A stretch of DNA of 64,000 nucleotides, taken from assembly GCA_017525525.1 (NCBI GenBank), contig JAFXSQ010000030.1, positions 63 through 64,062 of the forward strand, given 5' to 3'. A program made the translations under genes and the position numbers. This document shows, piece by piece, positions 1-8,778 of this stretch; the first letter of the stretch is position 1; every line of letters begins with the position of its first letter. Origin of the DNA: Lachnospiraceae bacterium (GTDB taxonomy: Bacteria; Bacillota; Clostridia; Lachnospirales; Lachnospiraceae). Below the pieces are notes generated by a model. That model was given only the letters and a program-made list of their open reading frames with translations, made no database searches and was not told the DNA's origin.

Positions 1-85
1 AAGGAATCCACCGCTTCGCGGTACCCCTTATGACGAAAGTCGGTGCGATGCAAAATTATGACTTCGTCATAATCGCACCGCCCTT
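1..85 (+). repeat. family-2 double-hairpin repeat (truncated by window edge)
   Basis: Nearly identical to 54408-54492: AAGGAATCCACCGCTTCGCGGTACCCCTTATGACGAAAGTCGGTGCGATGCAAAATTATGACTTCGTCATAATCGCACC. Confidence 0.9.
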
Positions 86-153
86 TAAGACTCTTCGCTC
101 AGAGTGACACATGTCATTCTGAGAGGAGAAAACTTTAGCCCGAAGAATCTTTT
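86..153. repeat. family-1 repeat pair, head-to-head (reverse copy + forward copy with expanded apex)
   Basis: AAGACTCTTCGCTCAGAGTGACAC / ATGTCATTCTGAGAGGAG...CGAAGAATCTT. Confidence 0.8.
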
Positions 154-204
154 TGTGCTGATTCTATTTTTGTTTATGTAAAACAAAAATGATTATACTC
201 CGTG

Positions 205-257
205 ACATACCGTAAGGCAATATTTATCTTTTTTTTAGTCTTACGGTATGTTATAAT
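205..257 (+). promoter_or_regulatory. 12-bp inverted repeat overlapping an extended -10 upstream of clpX
   Basis: ACATACCGTAAG (205-216) and CTTACGGTATGT (240-251) flank a T-rich loop. The right arm runs into TGTTATAAT (249-257). Confidence 0.45.
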
Positions 258-321
258 TCTTCGTATATATGATGCTTGTGAAAACGGTATTACAGATATA
301 ATAATATGATAGGAGAATGAA

Positions 322-1680
322 ATGTCAGATTCGGATAAGACCAAAAAAGACGACGAATACGAAAACTATTGTTACATGTGCAAGCGTTCCGAGAAGGATG
401 CGGGTCCGTTCATCAACCTGCCGGGGGGAATGCATATTTGCCGGGATTGTATGCAGAAGAGCTTTGATTCCTTCAATAATATGAACTTCTTAGATCTGTC
501 AAAGCTGCCGAACATCAACATGTCGCAGTTTATGCCCTTTGGGGATATCCCCGAGTCTCAGAAGGTAAAGAAGAAAAAGAAGAAGGAAGAGGGGAAAGAA
601 GATACCGAAAAGAAACTTTCGATAAAGGATATTCCTGCACCGCACAAAATCAAAGCCATGCTTGATGAGTATGTGGTGGGGCAGGAGTATGCAAAAAAGG
701 TTATGAGCGTGGCTGTTTATAATCACTACAAGAGAGTATTAAGCGACGGCGCAGACGATATAGAGATTGAAAAGTCTAACATGCTCATGCTCGGTCCTAC
801 GGGTTGCGGTAAGACATATTTAGTCAAGACTATTGCAAGACTTCTTGATGTTCCTCTTGCGATTACGGATGCAACAACCTTAACCGAAGCGGGTTACATA
901 GGCGATGATGTTGAGAGTGTTCTGTCCAAGCTTCTTTCTGTTGCAGGTAATGATGTGGAGAAGGCCGAGACGGGGATTATCTTCATAGACGAGATAGACA
1001 AGATTGCCAAGAAGAAAGAAACCAGAAGCCGTGATGTGAGCGGCGAGTCAGTTCAGCAGGGATTGCTCAAGATAATCGAAGGCGCGGAGATAGAGGTTCC
1101 GGTCGGCGCTTCAAGCAAGAATGCCATGACACCGATTGTTACCATGGACACGCGAAACATTTTGTTCATATGCGGCGGAGCGTTCCCGGACCTTGACGAG
1201 ATAATAAAGCGCAGACTTAATAAGCAGTCTTCCATGGGCTTTAACGCCGACCTTAAGGATAAGTACGATGATGAAAAGGATATCTTGAAGGAAGCTACTA
1301 CCGAAGACCTGAGGGAATTCGGCATGATTCCCGAGTTTATAGGCAGGCTTCCCATGGTGTTCTCACTTACCGCTTTGGATAAGGAGATGTATGTAAGGAT
1401 CCTTAAAGAGCCGAAGAATGCCATATTAAAGCAGTATCAGAAGCTCCTTGCTTTAGATGAGGTTAAGCTTGAATTCGATGAGAGCGCTTATGAGGCAATT
1501 GCCGAGGAGGCTATGAAGCGCGAGACCGGTGCGAGAGCACTTAGATCCATAATCGAGAAGTTCATGCTTGATATAATGTACGAGATCCCGAGAGACGACA
1601 GCATAGGCAGCGTGACCATAACCGGTGATTACATAGCCGGCAAGGGCTCACCGGTAATAAAGCTCAGAGGTATGGAGTAA
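322..1680 (+). CDS. clpX: ATP-dependent Clp protease ATP-binding subunit ClpX
   Basis: 452-aa ORF. It has an N-terminal C4 zinc-binding motif (CYMC...CRDC), Walker A GPTGCGKT and Walker B IIFIDEIDK, with an AGGAGA RBS upstream of the ATG. A Lys-rich insert (KKKKKKEEGKEDTEKK) lies between the zinc domain and the AAA+ module. Confidence 0.95.
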   Translation: MSDSDKTKKDDEYENYCYMCKRSEKDAGPFINLPGGMHICRDCMQKSFDSFNNMNFLDLSKLPNINMSQFMPFGDIPESQKVKKKKKKEEGKEDTEKKLSIKDIPAPHKIKAMLDEYVVGQEYAKKVMSVAVYNHYKRVLSDGADDIEIEKSNMLMLGPTGCGKTYLVKTIARLLDVPLAITDATTLTEAGYIGDDVESVLSKLLSVAGNDVEKAETGIIFIDEIDKIAKKKETRSRDVSGESVQQGLLKIIEGAEIEVPVGASSKNAMTPIVTMDTRNILFICGGAFPDLDEIIKRRLNKQSSMGFNADLKDKYDDEKDILKEATTEDLREFGMIPEFIGRLPMVFSLTALDKEMYVRILKEPKNAILKQYQKLLALDEVKLEFDESAYEAIAEEAMKRETGARALRSIIEKFMLDIMYEIPRDDSIGSVTITGDYIAGKGSPVIKLRGME

Positions 1681-2030
1681 TGAAGAAAAGGATATTGGCT
1701 TATCTTGAATATGTGGATGGTTTGCTCAAGAAGGATGACCTTGATTGGGATGAGGAGATAAAGAAGCACCTGGTGCAGATTTCCTTCTTTGCGCATGAGA
1801 GACTTGTTCATCTTATAGTTACGGTGCTCTTTGCCCTTATGACGGTGGGGTGCATACTATACCTTAACTTCACGGGGAATATAGTCATACTGTTTTTGGT
1901 TATAGCGCTCTTTGTGCTTCTTATACCTTATATAATGCATTACTACTTATTAGAAAACAGCGTGCAGAGGATGTATGACCAGTATGATGCCATGAGAAAC
2001 AAAATCAGTTCATCATTTAAGGACGAATAA
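1680..2030 (+). CDS. small membrane protein, unknown function
   Basis: 116-aa ORF whose ATG overlaps the clpX stop by 1 nt (TAATG). It has two long hydrophobic helices and is followed by an intrinsic terminator. No family recognised. Confidence 0.6.
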   Translation: MKKRILAYLEYVDGLLKKDDLDWDEEIKKHLVQISFFAHERLVHLIVTVLFALMTVGCILYLNFTGNIVILFLVIALFVLLIPYIMHYYLLENSVQRMYDQYDAMRNKISSSFKDE

Positions 2031-2070
2031 GCCCATAAATCAAAGTCATATTATGTAAATCACGATTACG

Positions 2071-2097
2071 AAAAAGCGGGAATCCCCCGCTTTTTCT
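2071..2097 (+). terminator. intrinsic terminator after clpX operon
   Basis: AAAAAGCGGG-AAT-CCCCCGCTTTTTCTT. Confidence 0.8.
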
Positions 2098-2229
2098 TAT
2101 GTAAACAAATAAAAAGATTAAACAAAATTGTAACATTTATCGCTTAAATACTCAGAACAGGAAATGTAGATAAAATCTTATGTCCGAGGCAACTTGTTAC
2201 AAAAGTATTACAAATATATAAAATAATAC

Positions 2230-2258
2230 TTGACATTTATGTACACTTAACATAAAAT
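2230..2258 (+). promoter_or_regulatory. near-consensus sigma-A promoter upstream of the deacetylase gene
   Basis: TTGACA, 17 nt, TAAAAT. Confidence 0.7.
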
Positions 2259-2370
2259 AGAAATTGCACCCTAAAACCGGTTTTGGGTTCAAGGGTGCAA
2301 TCAATAATTTGTATGACAGGCACATTGTACCACTAAATGTAGTTTTGTCAAGAATATTTAAGGGATTTTT

Positions 2371-3558
2371 ATGAAAAATGAAAAGAAAACCTTAAGTGAA
2401 TACGAGCAGGAGCTGCTTCAGGCCGAGCGTGAAGCGAAAGAAGCTGAAGCAAAAGATGCTGATAATCGGGATAAGGCTCCGAGAAAGAAAAAATCGCATC
2501 GAAGGCTGCTTATCACATTTTTGCTTGTGATGTGCGCCATACCGCTGGCGTTGTGCATATATCTTCTTATGAGAGTTAATTCCATGGACGGAAGACTTGA
2601 CCGTATAGCGGATGCGCTCGGTGTATCGAGGAACGATGTGACGGAGTACAGATATCGGACCGAGACAACAGATGCGAGCACTGCAGATCAGTCTGCGTAC
2701 CTTACTCCGGAGATAGCGACCTCGGCTGATATAGTCTTCCTAGCGGAGAATTATTCGGAGAACGAGCTGGAGAAGGAGCAGAACGAGAACGCTCCGGATG
2801 ATATTGACTCGGCTTATGTTGATTCTGATGATATCGGTTCGGACAGAGAGGAAGCTCCGGCGGACGATGCTTATTCCGATAATGAAGGAGCGCCCGAGCT
2901 TGTGGTGGCAGAGAAGCCGACAAGATTAAACGGGAAAAAGGTCTATCTGACCTTTGACGACGGCCCGAGCGAGCATACGGCGGAGATTCTTGATATATTA
3001 AAGAAGAATAATGTCAAGGCTACCTTCTTCGTAATACACAGAGACGAACCCGAGCTTGAACAGCTTTATTCGAGGATAGTCGATGACGGACATACAATCG
3101 GCATGCATTCCTACACCCATGAGTATGAGAAGGTTTATGCAAGTGAGTCTGCCTTTGAAAAGGATGTTAAGGATATTCATGACTTTATTAAGAAGGTAAC
3201 GGGAGTTGATGCTAAGTTTTATCGCTTCCCGGGCGGAAGCTCGAATGATGTGAGCGATAATGTTCAGACTTCAGATATGATAGACTACCTTAATGAGAAG
3301 GGTATAGTATACTTTGATTGGAATGCGGCTTCGCTTGATGCTGAGGACGAGAGTCTAACGCCGGCGCAGCTTAATGAAAATGTAATGTATTATGTGGAGA
3401 GCAATCCCGGGGATTCGGTGGTGCTCATGCATGATTTTAAGAATTGTGAGCCTACGGTTGCGGCTTTGCAGAGCCTTATCGATACGTTAAAGAGCGAGGG
3501 CTATGAGATACTTCCGATTACGGATGATACCGAACCGGTGCAGCACGTGACGAACTAA
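2371..3558 (+). CDS. membrane-anchored polysaccharide deacetylase (NodB/CE4 domain)
   Basis: 395 aa. It has a charged N-terminus, one TM helix (LLITFLLVMCAIPLALCIYLLM), an acidic linker, then NodB motifs LTFDDGPS and GMHSYTHEY. Confidence 0.85.
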   Translation: MKNEKKTLSEYEQELLQAEREAKEAEAKDADNRDKAPRKKKSHRRLLITFLLVMCAIPLALCIYLLMRVNSMDGRLDRIADALGVSRNDVTEYRYRTETTDASTADQSAYLTPEIATSADIVFLAENYSENELEKEQNENAPDDIDSAYVDSDDIGSDREEAPADDAYSDNEGAPELVVAEKPTRLNGKKVYLTFDDGPSEHTAEILDILKKNNVKATFFVIHRDEPELEQLYSRIVDDGHTIGMHSYTHEYEKVYASESAFEKDVKDIHDFIKKVTGVDAKFYRFPGGSSNDVSDNVQTSDMIDYLNEKGIVYFDWNAASLDAEDESLTPAQLNENVMYYVESNPGDSVVLMHDFKNCEPTVAALQSLIDTLKSEGYEILPITDDTEPVQHVTN

Positions 3559-3626
3559 AAAAGATCTTTTGCTTACGCTCTGGATGACACGGCGAGGTGT
3601 CATTTTGAGCGCAGTGAAGAATCTTA
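3558..3626. repeat. family-1 head-to-head pair between the deacetylase stop and the folC RBS
   Basis: Reverse copy AAGATCTTTTGCTTACGCTCTGGATGACAC, spacer GGCGAG, forward copy GTGTCATTTTGAGCGCAGTGAAGAATCTTA. Confidence 0.85.
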
Positions 3627-3636
3627 TTGTTGGAGA

Positions 3637-4893
3637 ATGCAAATGAATTACAACGAATCAATTTCTTATATCGAAAACAAGACTAAGCTCGGCATAAAGC
3701 CGGGCTTAAGTAGTATAATGGACCTTTTATCGGCGCTTAAGAACCCACAGCGAAAGCTCAAATGCGTACATATAGCCGGGACAAACGGCAAGGGCTCAGC
3801 CGGGGCATTTTTGGAGAGCATACTGATGCATGCGGGCATAAAAGTCGGCAGGTATACCTCGCCGGCGGTGTTTGAATATCTGGAAAGGTTCACTATATCG
3901 GGATGTATGGTAAGCGAAGACGAATATGCTGAAGCTATAGGACAGATCAGCGGATTGCCCGAGGCGGAGACGGCAACGGTTTTTGAGATTGAGACTGCCG
4001 CAGCCTTTTTACTGTTTGCTTCGAAAAATGTGGAAATTGCATTGGTAGAGTGCGGAATGGGCGGGGAAAGCGATGCGACCAACGTAGATTTTCAAACTCT
4101 TGTTAGCGTGATAACCTCGATAGGTAACGACCATGCGGCATTTTTGGGCCCGAAATTGACAGATATAGCCAACCATAAAGCCGGTATTATCAAGGAGGGC
4201 GGTATAACAGTTTCGGCGCCGCAGTCCGATGAGGTTTCAGCGGTTATAAAAAAGCGGTGTGATCTGAAATTATCGAAGCTTATAGGCATATCCGAACCGG
4301 ATATAAGGATGCTTGAATCCTCTATAGAGAGCGGAACCCGGTTTTCTTATAAGGGCCGGGAGTATCATATCTCCCTTCCGGGAACTTACCAGCCGGAGAA
4401 CGCTGCCTGCGCGATTGAGACGGCGTTTGCGCTTAAAAAGCTTGGTTTTGATATAGATGAAGAGGATATCCGCTCGGGGCTTGATCAGGCCGGGTGGCCC
4501 GGGCGAATGGACGTGGTCAGCCGAGAACCTCTTATTGTCTTTGACGGCGCACATAATGAACCGGCGTGGAAAAAGCTTGTTGAATCCGTTGATTTTTATT
4601 TTACAAACAGAAGAATTATATATATAATAGGAGTATTCAAGGATAAGGACTATGAAAAGCTGGTCAGACTGATTTCGGAGTCTCCGCATACGGGCCCGGT
4701 AATATGCATATCTGCTCCCGGAGAAAGGGGGCTTGACCGGGAAGCGCTATCAGAGCGCTTTACCCGCGCGGGCATGGAGAGTTATACCTCTGAAGGATTT
4801 AAACAGGCGCTGGAGCTTGCGAAGACCCTGAGAAATCCCGGTGATGTTACAGTCTGCTGCGGCTCGTTGTCTTATTTTAAGTTCTTATTATAA
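3637..4893 (+). CDS. folC: folylpolyglutamate synthase / dihydrofolate synthase
   Basis: 418 aa, Mur-ligase-type P-loop AGTNGKGS, folate gene context. The alternative ATG at 3643 has better spacing to the GGAGA RBS. Confidence 0.9.
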   Translation: MQMNYNESISYIENKTKLGIKPGLSSIMDLLSALKNPQRKLKCVHIAGTNGKGSAGAFLESILMHAGIKVGRYTSPAVFEYLERFTISGCMVSEDEYAEAIGQISGLPEAETATVFEIETAAAFLLFASKNVEIALVECGMGGESDATNVDFQTLVSVITSIGNDHAAFLGPKLTDIANHKAGIIKEGGITVSAPQSDEVSAVIKKRCDLKLSKLIGISEPDIRMLESSIESGTRFSYKGREYHISLPGTYQPENAACAIETAFALKKLGFDIDEEDIRSGLDQAGWPGRMDVVSREPLIVFDGAHNEPAWKKLVESVDFYFTNRRIIYIIGVFKDKDYEKLVRLISESPHTGPVICISAPGERGLDREALSERFTRAGMESYTSEGFKQALELAKTLRNPGDVTVCCGSLSYFKFLL

Positions 4894-5415
4894 ATGCTCT
4901 TTATTATAACGAAGCGGACGGATTGTATTTGCATGGAACGAGTAAACAGACTGATAAACGATGAGGAATATATACGCTTGTCCGATCGGATAAAACAAGC
5001 GGAACAAAACAGGAAATTCTGCAGACATGGGCTTTCGCACAGTTTGGATGTGGCCCGGATCTGCTATATCTTAAATCTCGAAGAAAATCTCGGAATTAAA
5101 AAAGATGTAATATATGCGTGCGCTCTGGTTCACGATCTCGGGCGCGCATGTGAGTATGAAAGCGGAGAGTCACATCACGAAGCCGGAAGCAGGATAGCGG
5201 CAGGTCTGCTTCAAAGAGCGGGATTTGACGAGGAAGAAATGAGCTTGATGAGCGAGGCGGTGTCCATGCACAAGGAGATAAGCGATGCTGCGGCAAATAA
5301 GCTCGCTGTTATTCTGTGCAGGGCAGATAAGTTGTCAAGAATGTGCTTTGACTGTGAAGCCTGCGAAGAGTGTTACTGGAAGGAAGAAAAGAAGAACAAG
5401 GGAGTGTTGCTTTGA
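4894..5415 (+). CDS. HD-domain phosphohydrolase with C-terminal CxxCxxCxxC cluster
   Basis: 173 aa with an H...HD signature (HGLSHSLDVARI ... LVHDLGRA) and C-terminal CFDCEACEEC. It is embedded between folC and folP. The start is uncertain (alternative ATG at 4933). Confidence 0.75.
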   Translation: MLFIITKRTDCICMERVNRLINDEEYIRLSDRIKQAEQNRKFCRHGLSHSLDVARICYILNLEENLGIKKDVIYACALVHDLGRACEYESGESHHEAGSRIAAGLLQRAGFDEEEMSLMSEAVSMHKEISDAAANKLAVILCRADKLSRMCFDCEACEECYWKEEKKNKGVLL

Positions 5416-5417
5416 AA

Positions 5418-6242
5418 ATGAATGCGGGCGGTGTGATAAGGATTGGCAAGAAGGACTTCTGTACGGGCGGAAAGCCTTATGTGATGGGAATACTCAATCT
5501 TACGCCGGATTCTTTTTCGGACGGTGGAAGCTACGAGGATACGGACAAGGCTCTTTTCGCCGTTGAGCGAATGATGAAGGACGGGGCGGACATCATAGAT
5601 GTGGGCGGTGAGTCTACCAGGCCGGGGTATATTATGATAAGCGCCGGCGAGGAGATTGCGAGAACCTGTTTCGTGATAGAGGCGATAAAGGAGAGGTTTG
5701 AGGTTCCTGTATCCCTTGATACCTACAAGGCTGAGGTTGCGGAGGCCGGCATACTTGCGGGAGCAGATATGATCAATGATATATGGGGGCTCAAATATGA
5801 CGACCGCATGGCAGGGATAGTTGCAAAGCATGACAAGGCGGTGTGCCTGATGCACAATCGGGAAAAAGCTGTATATAACGACCTTATAGAGGATGTGATA
5901 TCCGATATCAAAGAGTGCGTGTCCATCGCCGAGGCCCACGGAATAAAGCGTGACAGGATGATAATCGATCCCGGCATCGGTTTTGCCAAGAGCTCTGAGG
6001 AGTGCTTAAGAGTAATAAATGAGATGGACAGGCTTAAAGACATCGGACTTCCTGTGCTGCTAGGCGCATCGAGAAAGTCTTGCATAGGCAACACGCTGAA
6101 TCTTCCGGTAGACGAGAGAGAGGAAGGAACGATAGCGCTTTCGGTAATGGGATTGGTCAGGGGCGCTACATTTTTCAGGGTTCATGATGTAAAGAAGAAC
6201 AGGAGAGCGCTTGATATGGCGTGGGCGGTTATGAACGCCTGA
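5418..6242 (+). CDS. folP: dihydropteroate synthase
   Basis: Pterin-binding domain motifs GILNLTPDSFSDGG, DVGGESTRPG and IIDPGIGFAK. The ATG at 5418 lies just after the upstream stop; the longer ORF from 5370 overlaps the HD gene. Confidence 0.9.
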   Translation: MNAGGVIRIGKKDFCTGGKPYVMGILNLTPDSFSDGGSYEDTDKALFAVERMMKDGADIIDVGGESTRPGYIMISAGEEIARTCFVIEAIKERFEVPVSLDTYKAEVAEAGILAGADMINDIWGLKYDDRMAGIVAKHDKAVCLMHNREKAVYNDLIEDVISDIKECVSIAEAHGIKRDRMIIDPGIGFAKSSEECLRVINEMDRLKDIGLPVLLGASRKSCIGNTLNLPVDEREEGTIALSVMGLVRGATFFRVHDVKKNRRALDMAWAVMNA

Positions 6243-6278
6243 TAAAGGACTCAGATACTTTGGGCTCGGTAATGAATT

Positions 6279-6307
6279 GTCATCCTGAGCGTCAGCGAAG
6301 GATCTTA
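6279..6307 (+). repeat. family-1 unit
   Basis: GTCATCCTGAGCGTCAGCGAAGGATCTTA, ending 14 nt before the folB/K ATG. Confidence 0.85.
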
Positions 6308-6320
6308 TGGGGAAGCGGAT

Positions 6321-7136
6321 ATGGATAAGATAGTGATAAAAGACATGGAAATATACGCTTATCACGGCGTGCATGATTTTGAGAAAGCGAAGGGGCAGCG
6401 CTTTTTTGTGAGCGTGGAGATGGAGCTTGACCTGCATGATGCGGGGCTGACCGATGATTTGAGCAAAACCGTCAACTATGCTGAGACGGCGGAATTGATC
6501 AAAGACGTGATGACGGGAGAGAAGTTCAATCTCATAGAGTCCTGCGCCGAGAGGGTGGCTGCGGAGATATTAAACCATTATGATCCGGTTAAGAAGGTCC
6601 GTGTCAGGGTTGCGAAGCCGGACGCCCCCATGGGAGTTGATTTTGACACCGTGTGGTGCGAGATAGTAAGGAAAAAGCATGTGGCCTACCTTGGCATAGG
6701 CTCTAATTTGGGGGATAAAGAGGGATATCTTGATTTCGCGGTCGAACAGCTTTCCAAGGATGAGTATATCAAGGTGACAGCAGTTTCTTCTTATATAGTT
6801 ACAGAACCTGTCTCGGATGTGGAGCAGGATGACTTCCTTAACGGCTGTATAGCGCTGGAGACGCTGTACTCACCGGAGGAGCTGCTTAAGGTTACGCATG
6901 ATATAGAAAACAGCGCAGGCAGAAAAAGGATAGTACACTGGGGGCCGAGAACCCTTGATATAGACATATTGCTTTTCGACAGGGAGATAATCGCGGAGGA
7001 TGAATTGATGATTCCGCATCCATATATGGCGAAAAGACGGTTTGTGCTTGAACCGCTCGTTGAGATAGCGCCCTATGCATGGCATCCGGGGCTTTCAAAG
7101 ACGGCAACCGAATTGCTCGAACTTTTGAATTGTTGA
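6321..7136 (+). CDS. folK: bifunctional dihydroneopterin aldolase / 6-hydroxymethyl-dihydropterin pyrophosphokinase (FolB-FolK fusion)
   Basis: 271 aa. The N-terminal half is FolB-like (IYAYHGVHDFEKAKGQRFFVSVEM). The C-terminal half is HPPK-like (AYLGIGSNLGD, GPRTLDIDILLF, HPYMAKRRFVLEPL). Confidence 0.9.
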   Translation: MDKIVIKDMEIYAYHGVHDFEKAKGQRFFVSVEMELDLHDAGLTDDLSKTVNYAETAELIKDVMTGEKFNLIESCAERVAAEILNHYDPVKKVRVRVAKPDAPMGVDFDTVWCEIVRKKHVAYLGIGSNLGDKEGYLDFAVEQLSKDEYIKVTAVSSYIVTEPVSDVEQDDFLNGCIALETLYSPEELLKVTHDIENSAGRKRIVHWGPRTLDIDILLFDREIIAEDELMIPHPYMAKRRFVLEPLVEIAPYAWHPGLSKTATELLELLNC

Positions 7137-7199
7137 TTATTTTAATTGTTTTTTGAATTGATTTTAATTGATTGAATCAAAAAAAACGGAGGAAGATAT

Positions 7200-8735
7200 A
7201 TGGCGAACAAAACATTTGCGGCAATCTATGTGGGCTCGAGCGAGCTCAAAATGAAATGTTATGAGGTAAGCGGAAAGAAGAGCTTCAAGCTCATAGACCA
7301 GGTAGCCAAGACCATAGAGCTCGGCCGCGACACCTATAACCACGGAAGCATAAAGGCGGGAACGCTTGCTGATGTATGTGATACCCTTACGGGCTTTAAG
7401 AAGAAGATGAAGGAGTACCAGATTACCGAGTACAGAGCTTACGCCACCAGCGCGATAAGAGAGGCGGTAAATCAGGAACTGGTCCTCGATCACATAGAGA
7501 GAACGACAGGAGTTACCGTGAAGGTGCTTTCGAATTCCGAACAAAGATACATGATATTCAAGGGACTTGTGGCAAAATACGCGGATTTTCATCAGGTTGT
7601 GAGCAAGAATACCGCGTTTGTCGATGTCGGCGCGGGCAGTGTGCAGGTTTCGCTCTTTGACAAGAACAACCTGGTGCTTACCGAGAATATCCACATTGGC
7701 GCTGTCCGAATAAGGGAATATCTGGCCATGGCGGAAAAGGCCGGAAGATACGAGCAGGCGATTTCGGAGTATGTTGACAGCGATATAGCGAGCTTTAGAA
7801 ACATTTACCTTAATGATAAGGAAATTAAGAATATAATCGCCGTCGGTGATGTGGCGGAGATGGCGCAGTTCGTTATCCCCGAGCTTAAAGAAAAGGAAAT
7901 GATTACCAGAAAGCAGTTTGAGAAGTTCAACAGGAAGATTATCACTCTGCCACCGGAGCAGCTTGCTGAAAAGTTCGGGATACCATACGAGAAGGCAACG
8001 TTGATGCTTCCGAGCTTCATCATCTACGAGTCATTTCTTAATAACTGTAAGGCTGAAGTAATATATGTGCCGAATGTTGATTTCTGCGACGGTATTGTAA
8101 CATCTTACATGGATGAAGGAAGCCGCGTGGTGTTCAACCACAATTTTGAGGATGACATAATCGCTTCGGCAATGTATATAAACAGGCGTTATCGCTGCAA
8201 CAAGCAGCACACCGACAGGGTTGCGGCTTTTGCGCTTGCTCTCTTTGACGGCATGAAGAAGGTTCACGGCTTGGGACACAAGGAAAGACTTCAGCTTCAT
8301 ATAGCGGCCATACTGCATGAGTGTGGAAATTATATCAACTTAAACGACGGCGCCATGAATTCTTATTATATAGTGGCAAACAGCGAGATTATCGGACTTA
8401 CCCACAAGGAGCGCATGGAGGTTGCAAATGTTATCAAGTACAATCTCTTCTTCCTTCCGGCGAAGGAGAAGATAGCTGCTGAGCTCGGGACTGCTGATTA
8501 CATCGTGATTGCAAAGCTGGCGGCAATCTTGAGGATTGCAAATGTATTGGATAAAAGCCACACTCAGAAGATAGAGAATATTAATGTAAGCGTGAACGAT
8601 GACAGGCTTGTGATATCGGCAAAGACCTATGATGACCTTGCGCTCGAGACCGGACTCTTCGAGAGCAGAGCCGATTTCTTTGAGCAGATATACGGTATAA
8701 GACCGGTGCTTAGAACAAGGGAGACGCGATCATGA
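7200..8735 (+). CDS. ppx: exopolyphosphatase (Ppx/GppA family)
   Basis: 511 aa with an N-terminal actin-like ATPase fold (AAIYVGSSELKM..., DVGAGSVQVS) and a C-terminal HD-like helical domain. It lies immediately upstream of ppk. Confidence 0.85.
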   Translation: MANKTFAAIYVGSSELKMKCYEVSGKKSFKLIDQVAKTIELGRDTYNHGSIKAGTLADVCDTLTGFKKKMKEYQITEYRAYATSAIREAVNQELVLDHIERTTGVTVKVLSNSEQRYMIFKGLVAKYADFHQVVSKNTAFVDVGAGSVQVSLFDKNNLVLTENIHIGAVRIREYLAMAEKAGRYEQAISEYVDSDIASFRNIYLNDKEIKNIIAVGDVAEMAQFVIPELKEKEMITRKQFEKFNRKIITLPPEQLAEKFGIPYEKATLMLPSFIIYESFLNNCKAEVIYVPNVDFCDGIVTSYMDEGSRVVFNHNFEDDIIASAMYINRRYRCNKQHTDRVAAFALALFDGMKKVHGLGHKERLQLHIAAILHECGNYINLNDGAMNSYYIVANSEIIGLTHKERMEVANVIKYNLFFLPAKEKIAAELGTADYIVIAKLAAILRIANVLDKSHTQKIENINVSVNDDRLVISAKTYDDLALETGLFESRADFFEQIYGIRPVLRTRETRS

Positions 8736-8778
8736 CGAAGCAATCGTGCCATTACATATTATACGAGGAGGAGCGAGA

